Under the pieces are notes generated by a model, which worked only from the letters and a program-made list of their open reading frames with translations, searched no databases and was not told the origin of the DNA. From the NCBI RefSeq assembly GCF_053078305.1, contig NZ_CP166879.1: 64,000 nucleotides of DNA, one strand, 5' to 3'. This document shows, piece by piece, positions 47,466 through 61,257 of this stretch. Position numbers and translations under genes: made by a program. How positions within the stretch are numbered: position 1 is the stretch's first letter; every line of letters begins with the position of its first letter.

Positions 47466-48857
47466 TTATTGTTTTTCTGGTGGGAAAATCAGATTCAGCA
47501 CGATGGCAGTAATACCGCCCGCGGCGATCCCGGAGGAGAGCAGGTTTTTCAGCCATTCAGGGGCAAACTGCAAAATCAGCGGCTGCTGAGACACGCCCAG
47601 ACCAACCGCCAGCGACAGGGCGATAATCAGAATCGCCCGACGGTTCAGCGGCTCACGAGAGACGATACGCACACCGGAGGCGGCGATGGTGCCAAACATT
47701 ACAAGCGTTGCGCCGCCCAGAACCGGTTCTGGAATGTGTTGTACAAAACCGCTCACTGCCGGGAACAGACCCAGCACGATCAACATCAGCGCGACGACAA
47801 AACCGACATAGCGGCTGGCAACACCGGTCAACTGGATCACTCCGTTGTTCTGCCCGAAGCAGGAGTTCGGGAAGGTGTTAAACACCGCCGAAACAAACGA
47901 GTTCAGGCCGTTTGCCAGCACGCCGCCTTTCAGGCGTTTCATGTACAGCGGACCGGACACTGGCTGTTCGGAAACGTCAGAGGTCGCCGTGATATCGCCA
48001 ATGGTTTCCAGCGAAGTGATCATAAAGACCAGCATCAGCGGCAGCAGCAGACTCCATTCAATGCCAAGACCGTAATAGAGCGGCGTTGGCACCATAATCA
48101 GTTCTTGCGTCATCGGTTCGTTGCTTTCTGGCAACATGCCCATAAACCACGCCAGCGCATATCCGGCCGCCATCGCAATCACCAGTGAGGCCACGCGTAA
48201 GTAAGGGTTACGTTGACGGTTAAGCAGGATAATTAAGGCTAAGACCACGCCTGCCAGCAGCAGATTTTTCGGTGCGCCGAAGGTGTTATCGCTCATGGCT
48301 GCGTAACCGCCGCCAATTGAGGTCAGCCCCACCTGAATTAGCGACAGGCCGATAATCATCACCACAACGCCAGAAACCAGCGGCGTAATAATGCGGCGCG
48401 CCAGATGCAGAACACGGGAGATCACCATCTCGGTGCAACTTGCCAGCATCAACGTGCCGAACAAAGCCGCCATCATGGTAGGAACATCAGCACCACCGGT
48501 TTTCAGCGCGGTACCGCCCATAATCAGCGGGGCAACAAAGTTGAAGCTGGTGCCCTGAATAGACAACAGCCCGGAGCCAACCGGACCCCAGGCCTTAATT
48601 TGAATAATCGATGCCACACCGGAGGCAAACAGCGACATACTAATAATGTGTTGCGTGTCTTGTGCCGGTAAACCCAGCGCCTGGCAGATTAATAGCGCTG
48701 GCGTGATCACCGCAACGAACATCGCCAGCAAATGCTGACAGGCGGCAAACAGGGTTTGAGGAAGCGGCGGACGATCTTCAAGACGGTAAATCAGTTCGCT
48801 GTTTTGAGTCTGCGCAACCGGTTGCGCATTTTCTGACTCGAGGGTGGAAACAGACAT
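47466..48857 (-). CDS. xanP: Xanthine permease XanP (NCS2 family)
   Basis: ORF 47466..48866; conserved protein begins [35 protein letters not shown]. Confidence 0.9.
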
Positions 48858-49136
48858 CGAAAACAATCCCGTGGTAGCAAAGCGGGCATTTTAGCTGACC
48901 GAAAGAGAAAAGCAAACGTTTGCCACATCCTCATCTAAATATTTAAATGAGATAAATGAACTTTTTTATATAACTTTTGGTATTTTTCTGCTTAAAATCC
49001 ATGCCATTTGTTCATTAACAGCTGAGAATTTGACCCAGGAAAGCATAACTCGATACCCGTCATATTTCATGAAGTTGCCACTGCGCGATGAAGTATGACG
49101 AGTATGAAAGAGTGATGCGGATACAAAGGAGTAACT

Positions 49137-50342
49137 ATGTTTCATCTCGATACTTTAGCAACGCTTGTTGCCGCAACGCTGACGTTGCTGCTCGGGCGTA
49201 AGTTGGTCCATTCCGTCTCCTTTTTGAAGAAATACACCATACCGGAACCTGTTGCGGGTGGTTTGTTGGTGGCGCTGGCGCTACTGGTACTGAAAAAAAG
49301 CATGGGCTGGGAAGTCAACTTTGATATGTCCCTGCGCGATCCGTTAATGCTGGCTTTCTTCGCCACCATTGGCCTGAACGCCAACATTGCCAGTTTGCGT
49401 GCCGGTGGGCGTGTGGTTGGCATTTTCCTGATTGTGGTTGTTGGTCTGTTGGTGATGCAAAATGCCATTGGCATTGGTATGGCTAGCCTGTTAGGGCTTG
49501 ATCCGCTGATGGGGCTGTTGGCCGGTTCTATTACGCTTTCCGGCGGTCACGGTACGGGAGCTGCATGGAGTAAATTGTTCATTGAACGTTATGGCTTCAC
49601 CAATGCGACGGAAGTGGCGATGGCCTGTGCAACGTTCGGTCTGGTGCTGGGCGGCTTGATTGGCGGTCCGGTGGCGCGCTATCTGGTGAAACACTCCACC
49701 ACGCCGAACGGTATTCCGGATGACCAGGAAGTCCCGACGGCGTTTGAAAAGCCGGATGTGGGCCGCATGATCACCTCGCTGGTGCTGATTGAAACTATCG
49801 CGCTGATTGCTATCTGCCTGACGGTGGGGAAAATTGTTGCGCAACTTTTGGCTGGCACTGCTTTTGAACTGCCGACCTTCGTCTGTGTACTGTTTGTTGG
49901 AGTGATTCTGAGCAACGGTCTGTCAATGATGGGCTTTTACCGCGTCTTTGAGCGTGCGGTATCCGTGCTGGGTAACGTAAGCCTGTCGTTGTTCCTGGCG
50001 ATGGCGCTGATGGGGCTGAAACTGTGGGAGCTGGCTTCGCTGGCGCTGCCGATGTTGGCGATTCTGGTGGTACAGACCATCTTCATGGCGTTGTATGCCA
50101 TCTTCGTTACCTGGCGCATGATGGGCAAAAACTACGATGCGGCAGTGCTGGCTGCGGGTCACTGTGGTTTTGGCCTCGGTGCAACGCCAACGGCAATCGC
50201 CAACATGCAGGCGATCACTGAACGTTTTGGCCCGTCGCACATGGCCTTCCTGGTAGTGCCGATGGTCGGTGCGTTCTTTATTGATATCGTTAACGCGCTG
50301 GTGATTAAGCTGTATTTGATGTTGCCGATTTTTGCGGGTTAA
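49137..50342 (+). CDS. gltS: Sodium/glutamate symporter GltS
   Basis: 401-aa polytopic ORF MFHLDTLATLVAATLTLLLGRKLVHSVSFLKKYTIPEP... Confidence 0.9.
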   Translation: MFHLDTLATLVAATLTLLLGRKLVHSVSFLKKYTIPEPVAGGLLVALALLVLKKSMGWEVNFDMSLRDPLMLAFFATIGLNANIASLRAGGRVVGIFLIVVVGLLVMQNAIGIGMASLLGLDPLMGLLAGSITLSGGHGTGAAWSKLFIERYGFTNATEVAMACATFGLVLGGLIGGPVARYLVKHSTTPNGIPDDQEVPTAFEKPDVGRMITSLVLIETIALIAICLTVGKIVAQLLAGTAFELPTFVCVLFVGVILSNGLSMMGFYRVFERAVSVLGNVSLSLFLAMALMGLKLWELASLALPMLAILVVQTIFMALYAIFVTWRMMGKNYDAAVLAAGHCGFGLGATPTAIANMQAITERFGPSHMAFLVVPMVGAFFIDIVNALVIKLYLMLPIFAG

Positions 50343-50383
50343 CCGATGAAGCGGCGGTAGAAGTGCCGCCGCAACAAAGACAA

Positions 50384-50482
50384 ATGCCTGATACGCTTCG
50401 CTTATCAAGGCTGCGCATTGATTCACAATTTATTGAATTTATAAGTTTTTGTAGGACGAAGCGCATCCGGCAGGAAGGTAGG
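50384..50482. repeat. REP/BIME-like palindromic units between gltS and recG
   Basis: gcctgatacgcttcgcttatcaaggc and gtaggacgaagcgcatccggca resemble diverged REP units. Confidence 0.3.
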
Positions 50483-50517
50483 GTAACCTGAAATGGCGGT
50501 CTTCTCACTGCCGCCTT

Positions 50518-52599
50518 TTACGCATTCGAGTAACGTTCCGTCTCCGGCATCCAGCGTTCTATCAGGGCTTTTGCCTGTTGTGGGTAACGTTCGTGAATAT
50601 GGCGTGCCAGGCGCTGAACTTCCGGGATCATCGCCTGATCGCGCAGTAAATCCGCCACTTTAAATTCAGCATTACCCGTCTGACGAGTGCCTAACAATTC
50701 GCCAGGGCCGCGAATCTCCAGATCTTTTTGTGCAATCACAAACCCGTCGTTGCTGTCGCGCAGCACTTGCAGGCGAATTTGCGCCGTTTTAGAAAGCGGC
50801 GTTTTGTAGAGCAGCACGCAGTGAGAAGCCACCGCGCCACGACCTACACGCCCACGTAGCTGGTGCAACTGCGCCAGACCCAGACGCTCCGGGTTTTCGA
50901 TAATCATCAGACTGGCGTTAGGCACATCAACACCGACTTCAATAACGGTAGTGGCAACCAGCAGGTGTAGTTCACCTTGTTTAAACGACGCCATCACCGC
51001 CTGTTTCTCGGCTGGTTTCATCCGCCCGTGTACCAGGCCGACGTTCAACTCTGGTAGCGCCAGTTTCAACTCTTCCCAGGTAGCTTCCGCCGCCTGCGCT
51101 TCCAGTAACTCTGACTCTTCAATCAACGTACAAACCCAGTACGCCTGACGACCTTCAGTCATGCAGGCGTGGCGCACACGGTCAATGATGTCGGTACGGC
51201 GAGTATCAGGAATAGCGACCGTAGTCACTGGCGTGCGGCCTGGCGGCAGTTCATCAATGACCGAGGTATCGAGATCGGCATACGCAGTCATTGCCAGCGT
51301 GCGGGGGATCGGCGTGGCGGTCATGATCAACTGATGCGGATGGAAGCCCTGCTGCTGGCCTTTCTCCCACAATGCCAGACGCTGATGCACGCCAAAACGA
51401 TGCTGTTCGTCGATAATCACCAGCGCCAGACCGTTAAACTGCACCTGTTCCTGGAAGATGGCGTGCGTACCAACAATCATCTGCACCTGACCGCTGGCGA
51501 TGGCTTCCTGCTGAGACAGTCGCGCTTTACCTTTCTGCTTACCGGCGAGCCAGCCCACTTCGATACCGAGCGGTGCAAACCAGTTACGGAAGTTATTGGC
51601 GTGCTGTTCGGCGAGTAATTCGGTTGGTGCCATCAATGCCACCTGTTTGCCGTGGGCAATCGCACGCAGCGCGGCGAGGGCAGCGACCAGCGTTTTACCG
51701 GAACCTACATCGCCCTGTACCAGGCGCATCATCGGCACATCCAGCGCCATATCGCGCTCGATCTCCGCCACCACGCGAGCCTGAGCGCCCGTTGGCTTGA
51801 ACGGTAAGGCGGCAAGAAGTTTATTTTTCAGCGTGTCATTGGCGCTCAGCGGCTGGGCATGGAAACGTTGCGCTCCGGCGCGTAAGGCTAACATGCTGAG
51901 GTTATGCGCCAGCAGTTCTTCCAGAATCAGACGACGTTGCGCCGGATGCTGCCCGGTTTCCAGATCGCTAAGTTGCAGCGTCGGCGGCGGGCGGTGCAAA
52001 GTGCGCAACGCTTCCGGTAGCGTCATCATTCCTTGTGACAGTTCCGGCGGCAGGAGTTCTTCAATGGCGCAGGTGTCGAGCAGATCCAGCGCCTGGTCGG
52101 TTAATTTACGCAGCGTGGCCTGCTTTACGCCTTCGGTTGTTGGATAAACCGGCGTGAGCGTTTCCTGCAACTCTGGCGTACTGAGATCGCCCTGCACGCG
52201 GTATTCCGGGTGGATCATCTCCGCACCATATTTACCGCGCTTTGCTTCTCCATAGGCCAGCACACGGCGGCCCGTCGCCAGGCTATTTTTCATTGCCGCG
52301 TTGAAGTTGAAAAAGCGCATGGTGAGAATGCCGGAACCGTCGCTGATCTGGCAGGTCATCATCCGCCGACCGCCGAAGGAGATATTGCAGTTCAGCACTT
52401 CGCCTTCCACCGTGGCATAAACGCCCGGTAGTAGTTCTCCGATGGGGTAGAGATGGGTGCGATCTTCGTAGCGCAGGGGAAGGTGTAAGAGTAGATCCTG
52501 CACAGTCTGCAGGTTGATTTTCGCCAGCTTGTTACTAAGCGCTGCGCCAACGCCCGTTAGGGAACTGAGCGGGACAGCATCTAACAGGCGACCTTTCAT
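50518..52599 (-). CDS. recG: ATP-dependent DNA helicase RecG
   Basis: ORF 50518..52632; conserved 693-aa form begins MKGRLLDAVPLSSLTGVGAALSNKLAKI; helicase motifs GDVGSGKT, DEQHRFG. Confidence 0.9.
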   Translation of the reverse strand: MKGRLLDAVPLSSLTGVGAALSNKLAKINLQTVQDLLLHLPLRYEDRTHLYPIGELLPGVYATVEGEVLNCNISFGGRRMMTCQISDGSGILTMRFFNFNAAMKNSLATGRRVLAYGEAKRGKYGAEMIHPEYRVQGDLSTPELQETLTPVYPTTEGVKQATLRKLTDQALDLLDTCAIEELLPPELSQGMMTLPEALRTLHRPPPTLQLSDLETGQHPAQRRLILEELLAHNLSMLALRAGAQRFHAQPLSANDTLKNKLLAALPFKPTGAQARVVAEIERDMALDVPMMRLVQGDVGSGKTLVAALAALRAIAHGKQVALMAPTELLAEQHANNFRNWFAPLGIEVGWLAGKQKGKARLSQQEAIASGQVQMIVGTHAIFQEQVQFNGLALVIIDEQHRFGVHQRLALWEKGQQQGFHPHQLIMTATPIPRTLAMTAYADLDTSVIDELPPGRTPVTTVAIPDTRRTDIIDRVRHACMTEGRQAYWVCTLIEESELLEAQAAEATWEELKLALPELNVGLVHGRMKPAEKQAVMASFKQGELHLLVATTVIEVGVDVPNASLMIIENPERLGLAQLHQLRGRVGRGAVASHCVLLYKTPLSKTAQIRLQVLRDSNDGFVIAQKDLEIRGPGELLGTRQTGNAEFKVADLLRDQAMIPEVQRLARHIHERYPQQAKALIERWMPETERYSNA

Positions 52600-52604
52600 G
52601 GCAC

Positions 52605-53294
52605 TTACCCTGCAGCCTGCATAGTAGCCCACCAGTCGGCATCAGCTTCGATCTCGCCTTGCTGATTGACGTGGGGGTAAGGCAGGCCTTTGCGTTTTGC
52701 GACTTTCGCCAGCACCGGATAGCCGCCTTCAAACAACAGGCGTTGTTGCTCTGCTTCCGGCAACATGCTGTTTTCACGCAGGTACATGCCCGCATTTTGC
52801 CGCTGGCGCTGGGCTTCGTAAAGAATGAGGGCTGAGGCAACGGAAACATTCAGCGATTGCACCATGCCAATCATCGGAATGATGATGTCCCGATCCGCCA
52901 GGGCCAACGCTTCCTCAGTGATGCCCGTTTTCTCCTGACCCATCAAAATGCAGGTCGGGCGAGTGTAATCAATTTCGCGAAAATCGACAGCGTTATCAGA
53001 AAGATGGGTTGCCAGAATTTGCATGCCCTGGCCTTTCAGATGAGCGACGGCATCGCCAATGGTGCGGTGCGTTTTCACCTGCACCCAACTGTTGCTACCC
53101 GCCGCCGCAGAGGCCATGGTACGCATGCGGCTACCAGGCCAGACGGCGTGAACTTCATGTACGCCAACGGCATCTGCGGTACGAATAATCGCAGAAACGT
53201 TATGAGGTTTGTGGACCTGCTCCATGCAGACGGTCAGATCAGGCTGCCGCCTGGCGAGCATTTCGCAGATGCGTGCATAACGTGTTGGGTTCAT
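52605..53294 (-). CDS. trmH: tRNA (guanosine18-2'-O)-methyltransferase TrmH (SpoU)
   Basis: 229-aa ORF MNPTRYARICEMLARRQPDLTVCMEQVHKPHNVSAIIRTADAVGV... Confidence 0.9.
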   Translation of the reverse strand: MNPTRYARICEMLARRQPDLTVCMEQVHKPHNVSAIIRTADAVGVHEVHAVWPGSRMRTMASAAAGSNSWVQVKTHRTIGDAVAHLKGQGMQILATHLSDNAVDFREIDYTRPTCILMGQEKTGITEEALALADRDIIIPMIGMVQSLNVSVASALILYEAQRQRQNAGMYLRENSMLPEAEQQRLLFEGGYPVLAKVAKRKGLPYPHVNQQGEIEADADWWATMQAAG

Positions 53295-53300
53295 AAAACA

Positions 53301-55409
53301 TTAATTTCGGTTTCGGGTGACTTTAATCACGTCTGGCATCACGCGGATTTTGCGCATGATATTCGCCAGATGCACACGGTCACGAGCGGTCAGACGAATA
53401 AAGGCGCTGTAGACGCGACCATCTTTCTCTTCCGTATTCAAACTTTGAATATTCGAAGTCGTGGTGTTAATTGCCGCCGTCAGGTTTGCCAGCGCGCCCT
53501 GATGATTGAACATCTCCACCTTGATTTCGGTGATGAACTCCTGCGCCGTCTCTTTATCCCATTCCACAGCCATAAACTTCTCTGGCTCTTTCTGGTAGCC
53601 ACGGATGTTACGGCAGGATTCATGGTGGATCACCAGACCTTTACCGGGGCTGACGTGGGCGATAATCGGGTCGCCAGGAATAGGGCGGCAGCATTTCGCA
53701 AAGGTGATCAGCACGCCATCGGCACCTTTAATGGGCAGATGTCCGTGACTTTGGGTTGCCGGTGGAATGGAGGCGTCCCCATGTTGCAGATTTTTCGCGA
53801 CCACCACGCTCATTGCGTTACCAAGTCCGATTTCTGCCAGCAGATCGTCAAGCGTTGCCAGCTTCATACGATCCAGCTCGCGCTGAATATTTTCCTGCGG
53901 GATTTCATTCAGCTTACGGCTACCACCCAAAGCATGGTTGAGCAGACGACGGCCCAGGCTTACAGAATCATCACGCTTGAGGTTTTTCAGCAACTGACGA
54001 ATTTTGGCGCGCGCTTTCGAGCTAACGACAAAGTTCAGCCACGCGGCATTCGGGCGAGCGCCCGGTGCGGTAATGATTTCAACGGTTTGACCGCTAGTAA
54101 GCGGCTGCGACAGCGGGTAAGGCTGGCGGTCGACGCGTGCGCCCACGCAGGCATGACCGATATCGGTATGCACTGCATAAGCGAAGTCGACGGGCGTTGC
54201 ACCGGCAGGCAGTTCGACAATGCGCCCTTCCGGTGTGAAAACGTAAATCTCATCCGGGAAGAGATCGGATTTAACGCTCTCGATAAATTCAAACGAGCTA
54301 CCGGCGCTTTGTTGCAGCTCCAGCAGGCTTTGCATCCAGCGCTGGGCGCGGATTTGTGCAGTCGTGCTGGTTTCGCCGTGCTCTTTATAAGCCCAGTGCG
54401 CGGCAACACCCATCTCCGCCATCTGATCCATATCTTCGGTACGGATTTGGACCTCAACCGGCACGCCGTGCGGGCCAATCATCGAGGTGTGCAACGACTG
54501 ATAGCCGTTCGCTTTTGGAATAGCGATGTAGTCTTTCACGCGACCCGGACGCGGCTTATACAGGCTATGCATCTGGCCGAGCACGCGATAACAGGTGTCG
54601 GAATCATTGACGATCACGCGGAAAGCGTAGATGTCCATGATCGAGTGAAAACGCTGCTCTTTGAGCACCATTTTGCAGTAAATCGAATAAAGATGCTTCT
54701 CGCGACCACTGACGCGGCACGGTATTCCCGCTTCCTGCAAACGCCCTTCGATTTCAGAGAGGATTTTTTGGATCATCTCTTTACGGTTGCCGCGCGCGGC
54801 TTTCACCACTTCTTTAATTACGCGGTAACGATTGGGATACAGCGCCTCAAAACCCAGCTCTTCGAGTTCGGTTTTAATGTGGTGGATACCTAAACGGTGC
54901 GCCAGCGGGCTATAAATTTCGAGAGTTTCACGGGCGATGCGGCGACGTTTGTCCGGGCGAAGTGAGCCCAGCGTGCGCATGTTGTGGGTACGGTCGGCAA
55001 GTTTGATGAGAATGACGCGGATATCCTGCACCATCGCCATAATCATCTTGCGAAAGTTTTCGGCCTGCGCCTCTTTCTTATCGCGGAACTTGAGCTTATC
55101 AAGTTTCGACACCCCCTCTACCAGCTCGGCGACGCTTTTACCAAAAAGCTGTTCCATGTCCTGGTAGGTGGCGGGTGTATCTTCAATCACGTCATGCAGC
55201 AGCGCCGCCATTAGCGTTTCATAGTCGAGTTTCATCTCGGCCAGAATGCAGGCAACCGCTACCGGGTGCGTGATATAGGGTTCACCGCTTGAACGTGTTT
55301 GCCCCTCGTGAGCATCACGTGCAACGAGATACGCCTGCCGCAGACGCTTGATTTGGTCTTCCGGCAGGTAGGTTTGAATCAGTTGATTCAGGCTTTCAAA
55401 CAGATACAA
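53301..55409 (-). CDS. spoT: Bifunctional (p)ppGpp synthetase/hydrolase SpoT
   Basis: 702-aa ORF MYLFESLNQLIQTYLPEDQIKRLRQAYLVARDAHEGQTRSSGEPYITHPVAV... (HD hydrolase, synthetase, TGS and ACT regions). Confidence 0.9.
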   Translation of the reverse strand: MYLFESLNQLIQTYLPEDQIKRLRQAYLVARDAHEGQTRSSGEPYITHPVAVACILAEMKLDYETLMAALLHDVIEDTPATYQDMEQLFGKSVAELVEGVSKLDKLKFRDKKEAQAENFRKMIMAMVQDIRVILIKLADRTHNMRTLGSLRPDKRRRIARETLEIYSPLAHRLGIHHIKTELEELGFEALYPNRYRVIKEVVKAARGNRKEMIQKILSEIEGRLQEAGIPCRVSGREKHLYSIYCKMVLKEQRFHSIMDIYAFRVIVNDSDTCYRVLGQMHSLYKPRPGRVKDYIAIPKANGYQSLHTSMIGPHGVPVEVQIRTEDMDQMAEMGVAAHWAYKEHGETSTTAQIRAQRWMQSLLELQQSAGSSFEFIESVKSDLFPDEIYVFTPEGRIVELPAGATPVDFAYAVHTDIGHACVGARVDRQPYPLSQPLTSGQTVEIITAPGARPNAAWLNFVVSSKARAKIRQLLKNLKRDDSVSLGRRLLNHALGGSRKLNEIPQENIQRELDRMKLATLDDLLAEIGLGNAMSVVVAKNLQHGDASIPPATQSHGHLPIKGADGVLITFAKCCRPIPGDPIIAHVSPGKGLVIHHESCRNIRGYQKEPEKFMAVEWDKETAQEFITEIKVEMFNHQGALANLTAAINTTTSNIQSLNTEEKDGRVYSAFIRLTARDRVHLANIMRKIRVMPDVIKVTRNRN

Positions 55410-55427
55410 GGGCGACCCGCTTTGTGA

Positions 55428-55703
55428 TTAACGACGACCTTCAGCAATAGCGGTAACGGCTTGTAATTCAGCGGCTTCCTGCTCTTGCTGTTCCTGGCGT
55501 TCGCGAACGTCGAGGATCTGGTTGTTGATCAGACCTTCTTCGATTTCGCGCAGCGCGATTACAGTGGTTTTATCGTTTTCTTCCGGTACCAGCGGATCCT
55601 TTCCGCCTACCTGCATCTGACGAGCGCGACGCGCGGCGACCAGTACCAGGTCAAAACGGTTACCAATTTTCTCTACAGCGTCCTGAACAGTTACGCGTGC
55701 CAT
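55428..55703 (-). CDS. rpoZ: RNA polymerase omega subunit
   Basis: 91-aa [37 protein letters not shown]... Confidence 0.95.
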
Positions 55704-55757
55704 ACTTAAAAAGCTCCACAGGTGAAGAAATGACTGGGCATGATACTGAAATCAGGT

Positions 55758-58935
<3,178 letters not shown>

Positions 58936-59225
58936 GGTTCTCTCCCTAAAAATCTGTCTGGCAGGGTAGCGATTTGTGCGCATTGTCACGATTGAGATTT
59001 TTTAAGGTGAGGAGAAATTGATAACTTGTAGTTATGTGAAATCGCTATTTTCTGTAGCAGAGATGCATTCTTCTGACTTCTTGTCTGAGAAAATGCATAA
59101 GAAAAAATAGGTTAAAACTGAGGGGGGAAAAGAAAGGTGCAATATTTAGCCATTGTGTTCACTGCACCTGGACCTTGGCTTACGCATCGGGTGTCTCAAT
59201 CAACAAAAAGAGTTTTTAGTTTCTG

Positions 59226-60048
59226 CTATTTCTTCTCTGTAATTTTTACACTGTTTTCCAACTGCTTGATGCTGACCTGCGGGGTCGGCAACTCCTCAGG
59301 CATGGTTCCGCCAAGTTCCTGAATGGTTTGCCTCACCTTGCTACCCACGTCAAAGTGTGTGGTATTAGCTTGTTGTTTTGAATTCACGCCATCCCGCTTG
59401 AGTTTTTCTTCTGTTTGGGTAGCTCGAAAGAGATTAGCCGCCAGTTCTGTTGAACCCATATGATCCAGGATCTTCTGACCCTTTTTCAGCCCCTTCCGCT
59501 GATAAATAGCTTTCTGATCTAATCCACCATACAGCCCCGGTAACCATGATTCTGAAATATGGCGAAATCGATAGCTGTTGCTACCCCAGCTTGCTGCGCT
59601 GCCTCAACTAATTGTTTGTTATGTTCTTTCAATTCATTTCTCAGAAAAAGACGCTTTTCGTCTTCACGAAGTTGCCTGAAAGCTTCATCGTCAGCCAGCT
59701 CCTGCCGTCGGGTCTGGATAGCAAAATAAGTTTGTCCTGCCGCAATAACCGGTTTCGCAGGGTCGCCGTTTTGTACTACCAGGTAACAGGCATAGCGGGA
59801 GAGATGAACATCTTCAAGTTCTCGTTGAGCCCTGAACCTAATACAACCATTTTGGTGGTTTCAACGAAATGGTCAGATGCAGCTTGATTGCTGGCTTCGC
59901 ACGCTTGAGTCGCGCGGGTCAGTACCTTTTGAAAACTGCGCCAGTCCCGATAATCCAGTAACGGTGCCAATTCTCTCGCTGACCAAAATTCTTGCCCTTC
60001 AGTGCCATAATGCCGTATCTCTTCAAAAGGTTGATGATGTTCGTTCAT
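59226..60048 (-). pseudogene. dinD: DNA-damage-inducible protein D (dinD) disrupted by frameshifts
   Basis: three consecutive minus-strand segments in three different frames: N-terminal ORF (MNEHHQPFEEIRHYGTEGQEFWSARELAPLLDYRDW...), an open middle frame ([27 protein letters not shown]...FQNHGYRG) and C-terminal ORF 59226..59459 (MGSTELAANLFRATQTEEKLKRDG...); sits at the K-12 dinD position between yicG and yicC; LexA box upstream. Confidence 0.6.
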
Positions 60049-60093
60049 TGCCCACTCCATGTGATATCGATTGCAAAGAAAGTAAATCTGCAA

Positions 60094-60109
60094 CTGTATT
60101 TATATACAG
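60094..60109. promoter_or_regulatory. LexA (SOS) box upstream of dinD
   Basis: ctgtatttatatacag fits the CTGT-N8-ACAG SOS-box consensus, ~45 nt upstream of the dinD start on the minus strand. Confidence 0.6.
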
Positions 60110-60200
60110 TTGTGAGTATCTCACGTTCTCAGAGTGCTGGGCAAAAAACATCGCAAAATCTGGAGCAGGCACGCAAAACAGATTTGAATGTTGCGGGGAA

Positions 60201-60232
60201 GAAAAATGCCGCTCTGTTTGAGTGGCGGCATT
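60201..60232 (-). terminator. Rho-independent terminator downstream of yicC
   Basis: minus-strand hairpin atgccgc-cactcaaacaga-gcggcat followed by TTTTTCTT. Confidence 0.6.
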
Positions 60233-60267
60233 TGTGAAGGCGGAAAAGTAAGAATTGGCGTTACGAG

Positions 60268-61131
60268 TTATTCGATGTTCTGAATCTGCTCACGCATTTG
60301 CTCAATCAACACTTTCAGCTCGATGGCAGAGTTTGTCACTTCGGCATTGATAGATTTCGACGCAAGAGTGTTCGACTCGCGGTTGAACTCCTGCATCATA
60401 AAGTCCAGACGACGGCCAACCGCTTCTTTTTTCTTCAGAATGTTGTAGGTCTCTTTAACATGCGCTTCGAGGCGGTCCAGCTCTTCGGCAACGTCAATTC
60501 GTTGTGCCAGCAGAACCAACTCCTGCTCCAGACGGTTGTTTTCCAACTGAACCTGAGCATCTTCCAGTTTCGCGACCAGACGCTCACGCTGCCATTGCAG
60601 GATTTCCGGCATATGGGCGCGCACTTTGACCACTTCGGCGGTGACGCCTTCCAGACGCTGCTCAATCAACGCTTTCAGCGCCTGACCTTCGGTTTCGCGA
60701 GCGATGATAAAGTCATCCAGGGTGCCATCCAACGCTGCGAGAATTTCAGCGGCAATCGCGTCGAGATCTTGCTCCTGGGCCGCCATCACGCCCGGCCAAC
60801 GGAGAATATCAACTGGGTTGATTTCCCCTTCGTCACTCTGCATTTTTACCCAGTTCGCGGCAGTTACCAGCTGTTTAGCCAGTTTTTCGTTGAGGATCAG
60901 CTCACCTTGCGCGCTAACATCTGGCTCATAGCGCAGGGTACATTCCACTTTACCGCGCGTCAGGCGAGAACGAATACGCTCGCGAACGACAGGTTCAAGG
61001 CTACGGAACTGCTCCGGCAGACGAAAGTAAGTTTCCAGATAACGCTGGTTTACCGAGCGCATTTCCCAGGTTGCGCTCCCCCATTCACCCTTGATTTCAC
61101 GCCGGGCGTAGGCGGTCATACTGCGGATCAT
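60268..61131 (-). CDS. yicC: YicC-family protein (UPF0701)
   Basis: 287-aa ORF MIRSMTAYARREIKGEWGSATWEMRSVNQRYLETYFRLPEQFRSLEP... Confidence 0.9.
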   Translation of the reverse strand: MIRSMTAYARREIKGEWGSATWEMRSVNQRYLETYFRLPEQFRSLEPVVRERIRSRLTRGKVECTLRYEPDVSAQGELILNEKLAKQLVTAANWVKMQSDEGEINPVDILRWPGVMAAQEQDLDAIAAEILAALDGTLDDFIIARETEGQALKALIEQRLEGVTAEVVKVRAHMPEILQWQRERLVAKLEDAQVQLENNRLEQELVLLAQRIDVAEELDRLEAHVKETYNILKKKEAVGRRLDFMMQEFNRESNTLASKSINAEVTNSAIELKVLIEQMREQIQNIE

Positions 61132-61257
61132 AGACGTTCCTGTTTATAAAAGGAGAGGTGGAAGGATTATAGCCATCGATGCCTTGTCAGGATAGGAATA
61201 ACCGCCGGAAGTCCGTATAATGCGCAGCCACATTTGTTTCAAGCCGGAGATTTCAAT

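Noticed and set aside
47469-48188. 239-aa plus-strand ORF
   Set aside because: Antisense to xanP; highly basic, low-complexity product.
50484-50510. Possible terminator hairpin upstream of the recG stop
   Set aside because: Only a 5-bp stem with 11-nt loop; orientation and T-tract fit neither gltS (140 nt away) nor recG convincingly.
52857-54893. 678-aa plus-strand ORF
   Set aside because: Fully antisense to trmH and spoT, which are strongly supported; product is R/H/C-rich with no recognisable domains.
60298-61149. 283-aa plus-strand ORF
   Set aside because: Antisense to yicC; no supporting motifs or RBS.
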